From Tubiluchus corallicola (lineage: Eukaryota; Animalia; Priapulida), in assembly GCA_030141605.1 (NCBI GenBank), contig JAQGDQ010000252.1, forward strand, positions 186,001 through 250,000: a DNA stretch of 64,000 nt, read 5' to 3'. Below, one piece after another: positions 25,401 through 37,900 of the stretch (within the stretch, counting starts at the first letter, position 1; each line of letters begins with the position of its first letter). The notes beneath the pieces were generated by a model. That model did not search any database. It was not told where the DNA came from and was given only the letters and a program-made list of their open reading frames with translations. Position numbers and translations under genes: made by a program.

Positions 25401-26535
25401 AAAGCTCGTTAAGGTTAAAACCCCGTCCGTACTGTAGCTATAAGGTACAAAACTCAGTGATGATAAAGGTGTATGTGTATAAAATTATACAATTAACAGT
25501 TTCTCCTCTACAACGCATTGAAGTCATTGTTAAATGCACGAGAGCGAGAGATCGACAATAAAAAACATACGAAGGTCTTGCTTGTCTTATTGGTCAGTTT
25601 TAGGTCCTATTGTTAATATTAAAACAATAACAAAATTTTAAAATAGCGAGCTTGTTGGGCAAGCACGCGAATGCGCCCATAAACTCTAGAGGTCTTAAAA
25701 CAGTTACATTTTACTTGAATTCCTGCATATCGCATTTTAGAAGCTAAGTTAGCCTTAGTGTCGTATATTTAGTAATACTAGAGGTCAATATTATTATGTG
25801 TATCTATAATAATGTTGGTCTACTGAGGTAATAAAAACAGCGTTTACAAGGATGTAATGATTCATCTGTAAAAATCACAAATCTCAGTCAGTGTTTATAA
25901 ACCAGTTTTTTCTTCTGACTTCTTATCTGTGGAATTCTTTGCCAGAAAGCTGTCTTCCTATAACTACAGGCTCATGAGATTGCACGAAAAACATCAACAG
26001 ATTCCTCCAACAGATTTATTGCAAGCAAAATTTTTCTGGACTTGCATCATCTTTTGCAATGTGTTTGTGAAAGATAATTATGAAGTTGAACACTTGTAGA
26101 AAACAACTGAATACAACTGAAAACACCATATTACATGTTTGCACAAAAAACTGAAACCGTTTATTACACTACATAGATATATATATATATATAGCATGAC
26201 TGCTAAACTACACACTGAGGACCAGAGTGTCCTGCACTGATCACTAAGGTTTAGACAGTGGCTAGAAGTGAAATCTAGCCAGTTTATATAGGTAGAGAAC
26301 TATGCAAAAACTTGGCTTCACATATCCCATTACAGTAAAAATAGGGGAGATCCCGTGAGTTTGCATATTCACTGGACCGAACAATTGTACTAGGGGTGAG
26401 TTTAACTAGTAAAATGTTAAAGTGACTAATCAATAGATGGCAGCACCTAAATATACAGTTACAACTTTCACATCCTTATGTCTTATCCCGTGCGGACGGA
26501 TACTATGCTTTGTTCTGAGGCGACTGGCCTTTAAA

Positions 26536-26686
26536 AACGTTTTTCAAATTTTCACGTTTACTGTAATCATTTCAACGTTCCTTCATGCTTTTGCGTTGTA
26601 GAATTCTCGCTTAATAAACTAGTTTAATTTGATGAAGTGTTTTCTGGTTGTCTCTACGAGCCTTCCGAGAGAAACAAAACACAACA
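26536..26686 (+). repeat. LTR 3' fragment of the same Gypsy family
   Basis: ttgtagaattctcgcttaataaactagtttaatttgatg...gagagaaacaaaacacaaca matches the reverse complement of 20213-20360. Confidence 0.8.
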
Positions 26687-27357
26687 GCCACCGACATCAT
26701 TACCATGTCTGTAGTAATTGACTGTGGACTAGGCCAAGTTTACTGTTGGAATTAATTGTTTATTGTGGTTTATTGTTGCATAAACTAAGTAGCTGTTGCA
26801 ATTTAAGTGGTGTAACGTTTGTTTCTGTCCTTTTTTGCTGTTGATTAGCTTCCTGTTAATTGGTGCAATGAGATGTAGGCTGTTGTTGATTAGTTTTGTG
26901 TTGCTTAGACAGGGCAGGAGACTAGATGACCCTATGGTCCTTCCCTGCCCTGCTCCACTACTATAATTAAGTAATAACTAAAAAAACTTGTCATGTCAAA
27001 CAAATGGAGAAAATAAATGTTCTATGTCTATGTCTATGTCTATTGCTGTTGTTGTTGTTGTTGTTGTTATTGTTGCCGATGTTGCTGATGCAATAAACTA
27101 GTTTAATTTGATAAAGTGTTTTCTGGTTGTCTCTACGAGCCTTTCGAGAGAAACAAAACACAACAGCCACCGACATCATTACCATGTCTGTAGTAACTGA
27201 CTGTGGCCTAGGCGAAGTTTGCTGTTGGAATTAAAGTGGTTTATTGTTGCATAAATTAAGTAGCTGTTGCAATTTAAGTGGTGTAACGTTTGTTTCTGTC
27301 CTTTTTTGCTGTTGATTGGTGCAATGAGATGTAGGCTGTTATGGATTAGTTTTGTGT
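26613..27357 (+). repeat. Local direct duplication of about 270-290 bp (26613-26900 and 27092-27357) that includes the LTR end
   Basis: Near-identical sequence read directly; the spacer holds a CR1-like 3' stem-loop (26911-26952) and (GTT)n. Confidence 0.85.
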
Positions 27358-28615
27358 TGTTGTCGTTGTTGTTGTTATTGTTGCTGATTCTGAACTAATT
27401 ATTATGCAGCTGTATATCACAGCTATTGCCTCAGTTGTTTTGTCAGTGTGCGTGAAATTGTCATTGTTGCTGCTACTGCTGTTGTTGTTGTGTTGGTCCT
27501 GACTTGTAAATACTGTACAGAGAAAAACTGAGGCTCTTTTCTCTATTGCAATTGCTTGATTAGCATTTCTAGTAAAATGTGAAAGCTCTACTGTTGCTCT
27601 TGCAAGTAATAAATGATTTAACCAAAGCCACGTGTCGATGACGGGAATAGCGCGAGTTGTGAAAATGCGCTTGATCATGTGCGTTGTTTCTATCAGAGTA
27701 CTTGGCACTTCCTTGGCAACAGCAGATGTATCGCTAAAATGTCCGTCGTCTGATAAACGCGTATCCAGTGTGCACATTTGCAGTAGCGGACACTGTCGTT
27801 AAATAAATGTTTCGATAATAAAACAGTTTAATACAGTTTCTCTGATGCACGTTGTTGGAATAAACAGCAAGGAGTTCTGAAGATCAATTAATAACTCTGA
27901 AGTGAATTTGCGACAATATATAGGTGGCAGCCAATTCATTATTCAGTACAGTAGTAAAATAAACCAAAAATTGAATGGAAAATGAAAGGTGCATTTCTCT
28001 GCACAGAGACCAAGTTACTTACGTATACCCACAATATAGAATGCAATAGAGTATATGTACAGACACTCAGTTAGTTGCAAACACGTAATATTGGGTGCTA
28101 TAAAAAAGTATAAAGTATTGTGTAAACCAAGTTCATTACATGTTGCGTGTGTGTAGTACGTTTAATGCAAACTGTAACTATAGCGGTATTATTTTCAATC
28201 CTCTTATGACTAGTGTCAAATACTTAAATTATACATTACTTTTTTTCAAAAAATTATTAAAAAAATAGCCGATTGCTGTCCTTGCGAAAAAAAAATAGGA
28301 AACCGTACCTCCATAATAAGTGTGCACTAGGAACTGATCCGATTTGTGAAACTGTTTGAAATAAACAAAATTTATCGTCCATTTCACCTCCTGCTGGATT
28401 TTTAGATTTAAAAATAAAAACAGTGTTTAATGGACAAATTCTTAAAGTAAATGTGCACCTATCACGTGTCCACACCTAACATGTGTGTCTGTCAGATGTA
28501 CAGTGCCCCATTACCTGAGTGTTATTTCACTGCACAAGAAATGTCACATGATGAAAATGATGACTTACTACAGTGGATTAAGTGGAACTACTTTAATTAG
28601 ATGGGATAAGGAATC

Positions 28616-28958
28616 ATGAAAGTAACATTGAAGACAGGCATTTTTGTTCTGCATTGTGTTTGCAGCATTGCTACTTCTAATTTTGCAAGTGATTCATCTG
28701 AACATGTTCATCTGAGTGAGGTCACCATTAGCATGCACGAAGTTAATGGCAATAATTATTCTGAAGATGATGTAAAAGACATTACGCATGCGTCTTATGA
28801 ATATTTAGCAGAGGCCGAATCTGAGAATTTTGTCGAATATGTTGTGAACGAGGTGATAGATATTTCTGATAGAGAGGCTGCTGCTGTGTACTCAAAGTTA
28901 CAGCAGCCAGTAAGACAATTTGCTGAAGGAATGGGCAAAGTTATCCACATACCATGGG
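28616..28958 (+). CDS. Prominin exon 1 (signal peptide and N-terminal ectodomain)
   Basis: ATG with hydrophobic leader; donor G|gttag; phase joins exon 29736-29782. Confidence 0.75.
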
Positions 28959-31900
28959 GTTAGTACAACAAAGTGTTTTACAGAATTTTTTGCTGTTGTA
29001 ATCTTTTATTGGACATTGCACGGTTTGCACCTGCAGTGCATTGCATGTGTCCAATACATACCCATACAATTTCAATATGTGTGGTGCTAAACATTCTAAG
29101 CATGGAAAGTAAGATTGATCAAATATTACCAGCTTTTGTAGTCATGTCTATGAGTGTGATATTTAGTATTTTATTTTGAAAAAGGTGCCAGTACTTGTTG
29201 TTTCTTAGTTTGTGTTATGATATACTTATGATTTTACATTGAATCATATTTTAATTTTTACAGTACATTTATTTAACAGTTGTTGTCATTCCCTCATTCT
29301 TCATAGACGTTAATACTCAGTGACAATAATTTAAATATGGGGTAAGGGCTGAAGCCATGTACTAAAGGAGCAAAAGTAACAGCAACATTTACCAAATGTC
29401 AGAAGTGTTACTGATCTTTACGAAAGACCGCTCTGATTATAAGAGTTTAAATATCAGCAGCAATTTTTTAAGATAGTTAAAAACATTGTAATGCATTAGT
29501 ATTGTTCACTCCCCTTTTTATCCAGCTTAGTAATTTTAGTTTAAAATGTGTAGGCTTTTTCAAAATGTAAATTGTTTTTTGTCCCTTAGAATGTATACAG
29601 TTGCGCATCTAGTAGTTTGTTAGGCTTCTCTGTAACTTATCAGTTTGATTTACTTTGGTGATTAGATTTTACTAAAGAAAATATATAGTAATTTGATCTC
29701 AGGAATACTAATTTAATTTTAATTTTATATTTTAGACAGCATCAGAGATTTGGTAAAAAATGGAAAAATTGATGTGGTAGCGGTAAGTACTAATAGTTCA
29801 AGTGATGACAAAAGACCGTTTAAGCCTACAGTGATCACAGATGCAGTAAACTTCAAATCTAAAATGTGGGGCACACTCTTGCCACTCATTTGATTTTGAG
29901 CAGTATATATTTTGGTCATTTTTCTTTGTGTTGTAGACATAAGTCATATTACATTAACTTTGCAGGAAATTACTTAGGTGATAGGAAGGATGTCGGTAAC
30001 TTTCTTGCAAAAAAGAAATTAATGAAATTTGGCATAGAAACTCCCTTCTACATGTAACCTAACTAACTCACTCTTTGAGATGGAAGTCTTAAAGTCAGGT
30101 CACATATGTCTACCTGCAGCATATATTAACACTGAACGAACGGGATACACCAAATTTTGCAAAAAGTATATTTTATTATGAAGTAGTAGAAATGCTGCTT
30201 ATTTGAAAACATGACTTCAAAGGGATAGAATCTGAATTGACAAGTTTTACATTGTTTGCGATGCATCTCAAAAACTGGTAATCAAAATGTGCTAGATTTC
30301 ATGTGTATTAAAGCTCAATGTCATACAGTCGTTATCTCTAACAGAATTTGGCAAAAAGGCTCCTTATTCGTAGCTGATTGACACTACTTTGAAATGCTGT
30401 TTAGTACTTATACTAGATCAAAAGTGGTACATGAAAGAAATGAAAGAGAGATCTTCCTCAGCAATAGAAAGTAAATAGTATCTTTTCAAGACTGGCTGAC
30501 CACAGACTTAAGGTGGTACTCTGTCACTCAGCTGCAATTTTGTACAGTTCTCTTTTATTTGTATTACTGGTTATACACAAACACTGCCCAAAAATACTGT
30601 AGCTTGTAGAGAAATATTCCACAGAGTCATCAGGCCTGTTCCTTCTTGCCTTTGTGTAATTAATTCCTTGGTCTCACGCAAAATAAAACAGAAGTAAAAA
30701 TATGGCCATTGTTTATGTGTAATGACTAATAGAAATCTCACCTTTTATACAAGTTTTGAACCAATGTTTTAATACAAATTTAAGGAGTAGGGCCTAGCAT
30801 TATAAAAGAAAAGCAAGCACTGAAAAAATTTATTACAGAATTTGAAAATGTTTCTAAGAACACAGATAAGGTAACATACATATAGTTTCCTATGCATTTC
30901 TTTGTTTTGTGTGTTTTAGTTTAAAGCAAAGCTGTGCGTTACCATTCATGAATGATTATTATATTAGCTCAGTCATTAACGGCATCTGTTAACTAACACT
31001 ATATGTTTAACTAGGGTGTGGCTATTTTCGTAGGCATTCGTAATTTACATGGACAAACTGGGAGGTGTGATAGAGTTGCTGTACTCCAGCATTAATCACT
31101 CTATCCAGCTGTATTGAGCCTCAATAGCTGGCACAATAAATCGCTTTTTTATGATTATCTTTTTAAATCACTTGTTTACCATTTATTTGGGTTTCAATGT
31201 GGACCTTGCAATGATTTAAATGGGCACACTTGTAGGTGTTTCAAATGCTAAAGTTAAATCTCTGCGTAGGATTTTTAAATTTTATTGGTTGGTAATATGT
31301 TCATTGATTCATTCTTTTTTTGCAGGTACTGAAAAGTCAAATGATGGTATTGGTACCGTTAGTTGCTGGAGTTCTGATCTGCATCACAGCTCCAATCGTG
31401 GCGCTTAGCCTTTGCTGTTGTCGGTATCTTGGTTATTGCGAAGGCAGGGTTAGTGCCGAGAAGGTCTCACATCACAAAATGACAAATGCAGTGCTTCTGT
31501 CTACTGCAGTTGTTAGTATGCTCGTTTTTTCGAGGTAAGGTGTTTTCTGGGGTGGCGGGGTAGGGGTTTTCCTGTTTGGAGCACTTTTATCATCATGTAG
31601 CATCTTTCCAGCCGTCGTCCATCCACAGTTTGAGTTTAGGCCAGTTGCAATTATACTGTAATAAAGATAAGCTTTATCTTGCAAAATGTCAATGCAGATG
31701 TTAGATGATGGGTGACAACATTTGGACAATGGCCTGCAATGACTCTGATTTCAAATGTCAGAATCCCAAACATTAGTCAAGCAACCGAAAAGGACCAAGT
31801 CACGTGAATGCAAGGAATTAGAGCGACCTGTGCTCTACTGACACACAACATTGACAAAAAGTACTTGCAAATAATTCAAATAATTGCATGTAAAGTGTTT

Positions 31901-34900
31901 TAAATGTATGTTTTGTCCCACAGAATGTTAGGTGTTGCTAGGTGAAAACTTTAGGCAATTGCCTGCAGTGAACTGGGATCAAAGCTTACATATCGAAATC
32001 TGAAAATCAGGAATTGCAACTATAGTGTATGGAGGCAGGTTTTGTCCTGCAAAATGTCAAGTGTAAATACTTTGTGATGAGCAACTACTTATAGCAGTGG
32101 TCCTGCAATAAGCCTGGCATGAACAGTCACAAGTCTGAACCCTATAATGTGCGACATATTGAGATATTGGCATATTAGGAGAACTGGGATATGTGTGTGA
32201 AGATTTTTCTGAATGAACTTTGAACTTGAAAAATGTTTGCACTTACATGACCAGGAAACATTGACAGATAGTACTTTTTGTAGGGCTTCATTGCCTATTA
32301 TGTGAACAAAGTTTGGTAGAAAAGCATAACCTTAGGTCAAAATTACTAAAGCTCTGTTTTTAAACTATGATAGTTTAAAGTGTGATGTAAGAATTGCATG
32401 CATAATTACGCCCACTGTCAGCTACTATTTTTGCAAATAATCTGCAAGTTGCAGGAGAGAGTCAATGTTGTGTGTCAGTAGCGTAAAGGTCACTTAAATT
32501 CCTCACATTGGGATGACTCGGATTCTTTTTGGCCCTTAGTTTTGTGTAATCTTTGGGATTTTGACCTTGACATTAGACTTGAGAGTCATTGCAGAGGCAG
32601 ACCATTGCCTAAAAGTTGTCACCCGTCACGTAACATCTTTGTAAAAATTATTTTTTAGTCTCGGAACTGCGGGAATTTGGCCTGCCTATAATAAGCTTTG
32701 CCGAGCACCAGAAGAGATAAATGTATTTACTGAAGTAACACTAGAGAGTATCGTCACTTTTACTGATAATCTGTCTGAGGTTAGTTCATCTGCCTTTATT
32801 CAGCTTTATTTGTTTATTGCTTGGGCAGTAATTTGTGTGATAAAGAAATGCATGAATTCATGTGCTTTTATGCTAAGCATTGGTGCGCAATTCTGCAATT
32901 GTCCTTATCATGTATAAACTGTACAATGTATAAATTTACGTAAACTTTTTTTTCTAAATTCTATTGAGTGCAATTGTGTCTGTTTTAGCATTTAAAAGTT
33001 ACTGTGGAAGATTTCAAAACTCTTGTAGAGCATGTGGATGATCAACTGGCAGGTATGGTTAAAATTTATAATTTGATTTTTCATTTATTATGTTCATAAA
33101 CCTGAAAACTATCGAACTTTACAATTATTTGGTATGGTTGATCCCACATTTCTTCTATAGTTGATATCCAGTGAAGTCTTTTCACTTTGTGTGGCATTTT
33201 AAACTTTTTGGTGAGTGATGAGATTTATCAGATCAGTTCATATCTCAGTCTCATCTGTGTAAAATGACGACGAATGCATGTTGCTGTTTTTCTGCTGTTT
33301 AAAATTGTACTTCTGTTTTACTGATTTTATGAGTTTGTTTTAATTTGCTTTGTTAATTAAGCGTTTACTTGGTTTAAACAATATTTTTAAGATTTAGACT
33401 TATATCACAATTTACAAATCTTTAATAAGAAGCCACCTAACAATAATATGGTTTGGCTAATAGGGATTTCAAGGATCTCTCATTGTAAGATACCCGCTAC
33501 AATGCAAGACAAATAATATTATTTTTAATGGTATGAAAAAAGAAAAAGAACAAAATGTAAGAAAGGAGTTTAGTAAAAGAAGTGCAGCTTACAAATGGAA
33601 AAAAATTCTGTATATGTAGGTCAGATTTCCGCTTCCCAGGGGAGTAATTTAGTGAGAAGAGAAAAAAATTGAGCACAATAACTTGATCAGTCTAGTTTGA
33701 TAAATTAATCATTTGTTATATGTAATTAAATTATGCATGTATAGTTAACCTCGGGTATAAGGTACTCGCTTATAAGGGACTACCAGTACTGGTCCTGATT
33801 TTTCGTAACGTTTTTCCTATGTAAAAATCTTTGTATGTAAGGTACTCGGATATAAGGGACTTTCGGTTATAAGCGACGATATCTTCAGGTCCCACGCAAT
33901 AGAAACCTAGGTAAATTACTTCGCATGTGATCAAAGCGAAATTGCTCGATTTTTAACCTCAATGTTTCGCAAACTCGGCTTTCGAATAGCTCGGTCTCCG
34001 CGGTCATATACATCTCGCATCACTGAAGGAGTTTACTACATACCGTTTGCACTGAATATGTAGCAATAATCCATAAAAATATGGGTAAAAGTACAGAAAA
34101 GTACAGGTCTAGATACACCTTTGTTTCGGTCTGACTCAACTTCGGCTATAAGGGACATAGGATATAAGGGACACTGGCAGTGAAACATTTAAAAAGCGGT
34201 CAGACATCAGCAAATTTAGCCGTGCCGCAGTAATAAAGCAGCACAGAGAGAGACAGCTGTGACGTCATGTTAAAACTTTTGTACGCTATACTCGTTACTA
34301 AAATTTTTCTCGTTAGTTTCATATAGTGGATTAAGTTAGTTGAGGATAAAAGTGTGATTTGAGCTTAACATTAAAAATGCCTTCAGCACTGCTTTAAGGT
34401 AAGGTTAAGACTAGAGTAATAAGACTGAGTGAGAAGATAATGCACAATCAGCTGATCTAATAAATTATTTGCTACTACTGTGTTATTATTTTTGATAATA
34501 AATGGGACACAATTATCTGACTCAATAAAGTGACAGATTGGATAAGTGAAAAAATAGTGAATTTTTGGTGAAAAATAGTGGTTTTGAGTAAGTACAATAG
34601 TGTACCACAGCAACACTGGCAAGCACTGGAAAGAATGTGATGTAAAACATTATCAAGAACTGTAGTTCCTTTAAATCTTGCCCTGTATGTAATTGTGATT
34701 TAAACAGCAAGCAGAATTGATTAGTGTGAAAAACCTGCTACGAAGCCGAGTTACTTCTTTTAACAGATTTCTGTCGAATATAAATAACCAGTTTTATTAG
34801 TCATCAGTGTTTTTATCGTTTGTTTGTTTGTTTGTTTGTTTGTTTGCATATAGGTGTCGCTGACATTGTCATGGATCCCGTGCTGAATCATGCTTATGGA

Positions 34901-37900
34901 CTGATTAACTCTATTGTAGCTCGGGAAGCTGTTCTTAATGCCAGTAAGTTAATAACATGTGATATCAAAAACTTTAACTAGCAGGTTTCAATGCATCTGT
35001 CTTGGCTTACATTAATTTAATGGTGGTTTAATTGCGTGGGATTATTTGAGGCCATTTTGGTGTAAATATAAAGGCTATTTATTCAGTATGTGTTCTAAGT
35101 CAGAAGAAATTTTAAAGGTAAGGTTTATGATCAAAACAAATTTAAACAACTTTCAGTTCATTTTAACATAGAATTAAATATGTTGAAATTACTCATAATT
35201 ACTGCACAATGCACTCACATAAAAGTTGTTTAAAATACGAAAAAATTGAAATCATTCTTACCGCCTTCAGAAAACTCCAGTTGTAGGCATATTTGAAAAT
35301 GAAGATGTCAGTTGTCCAATGTCTTGGCTTTTTGTAAATGCAAAAATTTGTGATTCATAACTTATTTTGATTCATAACCTAAGGTTTCCAGCTAAATTAT
35401 GAAAACACATGCCATTGTCATCTGCAGAACAAATATTAACAAAAACTGTGAGTGTTAAACTGGTGCAATCATTCATTAGACAAATTTCTAGGATTACTTT
35501 GAAACAGTAGATGTGTATTGTTCAGTATCATTTACCAAAACCTGGAGTCATGCTTCTTTACAAGAAACTTGTTTTTATATCATTATTAGCCATGATTTAA
35601 TGATTTTTTTTATTTTAGGTGCAACAGGATTAGATATTATGTCAGAATCTATAAATGCAAGCTCAAGGACGTTGACCGTGTATTTGAATACCATAGAAAT
35701 GGAGATGACAAATATTTCATCTGTTATGGGCAATTTGAAGGCGAGGTGTTATAATGATGGCTTGGTGACGAATAAAACATTTTGTGATATATTACTTAAT
35801 GGATCAATGTTTCTTCCTCCTTTCTTTGAACTTGTAAGTTTCTATATGATACTAAAGACAGACACATGCATTTCTGACTGTAACTTGCCCAAATTTTACA
35901 ACAAAATTTTTATAAAGGCAATGTGATGCTTATTCTTTTTCTGGGGAAGTAAATACAACACATGCATTTAAGTTACATACTGCTCTTTACTGCTTTGATT
36001 TGTTCCATAGTAAGTGTAGGATTATCTGCCTCAGCTGTAGTGCTTTGTTGATAGCACTCAGCTGTTTATGTCTTAGCCTTGCTGAATCAAGTACTCAGAT
36101 TCACTTAATGCTATAGAAAGTGCTACTGTTGGTGATTTTTTCAAACTAAAACTGAATGACTCAGAGTCTAAATTTTTGATCAGTGGAATCAAACAACAAC
36201 TTGCCAAAATTCATTTTAATTAAATTAAAATTGATGATGATGTTCAGATAGCACCTGTTTATGCTGTAATCTCGATGTAATTTTTCTTATGTCTGTCAGG
36301 TTGAGTACTTTTAGTTGTTGAACTCCAAGCAAAAACACTTGTATTATTGTATATTGATTATTGTAACAGTCTGCTGTATAATGGTCCCAAGTGTCAGCTT
36401 AGAATGTTATTACAGAATTTTGCTGCTAGGTGGGTCTGTATGACACAAAAAGAACAAATCACTTCCATTTAACAGTGTTTTCACTGTTACCAATTGAATT
36501 AAGAATGAAGTTCAAAATACTGCTGATAATCTTTATAAATAAAGTAATGAATGACTTAGCTGATCGTCCTCCATTTATTAGTAATATACCTTCAGTATAA
36601 AGTTTGACGTTAAAAAAGCTTTTGGTGACAGGGCTTTTGGATTGGTTGCACCATGTTTATGGAAAATTGCCATTTTTCTTTAAGCTCATGTAACACTGAT
36701 ATGTTAAAGAAGTTTAAGTCCTTGCTAAAAACTTTATTATTTAAACCTGTTTATAATATGTGTTTATATCTGATCATGTAATGATTCTTGTATTTTTACC
36801 ATCATTTTGGTTTTGTGTACTGCACATTAGAACATTTTTGTAGATGAAGCACTTTATAAAGGCAGAGTAATAATGATGTTGATGATGATGATGATGATGG
36901 TGATGGTGATGGTGGTGGTAGTGGTGTTGGTAGTGGTGGTGATGATAATGATGATGATCAATTGCACAAGGATATCGTAAAGTTAAAAGATTGAGAAATT
37001 GATTTTAAGTTTGAACTATGTTGGTTTGCATCTGGAGGACATCTGCTATGTAGCTATTTTTGCAAGTGTACATAATCTAGGGATAGGCATTTCTGATTTA
37101 AAGCTTAGTAAAATGGTATCCGAGTTATTCAGATCTGTACTTCATAGAGCTAAACCAAATTCCCTTCTGATTTGCTAAACTAGTCTACAAATTTCCTCTC
37201 AACCATGAGTCTTAGTTTGAAAGTTGGTGCTATTTTATTCATTTTTATAATTTTGATTGCAGGTCCCAAATGTGGATGTATTATTTGATATCTCTTCTGT
37301 GATAACAGAATCCAATATAAGTACTCATATTTTACAGGTAATTACAACAAGCAACATAATTTCAAATTTTTGCCCAAGCTGAGTAACTGTTGATTATGAA
37401 ATTTTGTTCCTTGTTTAATCTTTTGTTAATTAAAGTAAATCCTCACCTAACAATGCATGTTTCATTTTAATGACGATCTTTTTACTCTGCGCAAAACCAT
37501 TTTTTATCAATAACATTTGTACCTAATTTGAAGCATTAAAACAGTACCTACTGCATTACTCTGTTGGAAAACTGCACTAGTAACATAAAACAACAGAATT
37601 ATTATTTATGATTTTACATGCTGACTGACTGCTAAATGCTATTTGCATCAAGCCATTTATATGCCTTTAGGCACCTGGATCCAAACTTTATGCAAAGGAA
37701 TTTCAGTTGCAAGCTATAGCAACTATGTAGATGAAATTGTCTCAAGGTCACCATGGGGTTTGGTTTTTACTTTGCAGTGTTTAACTGCTAACTTTGTAGG
37801 GCTTCAACATTAACGAAAGTCAGTAATTAGGTATTGCTAAGAAATAAAGATAGATGGTTTCAAATAAGCAGTAAGAAATTAATAAAATGTTTAATTTATG

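Noticed and set aside
27346-27777. 143-aa minus-strand ORF
   Set aside because: It runs into microsatellite-derived N/S/T tracts and has no recognisable motif or splice support; probably chance or a repeat relic.
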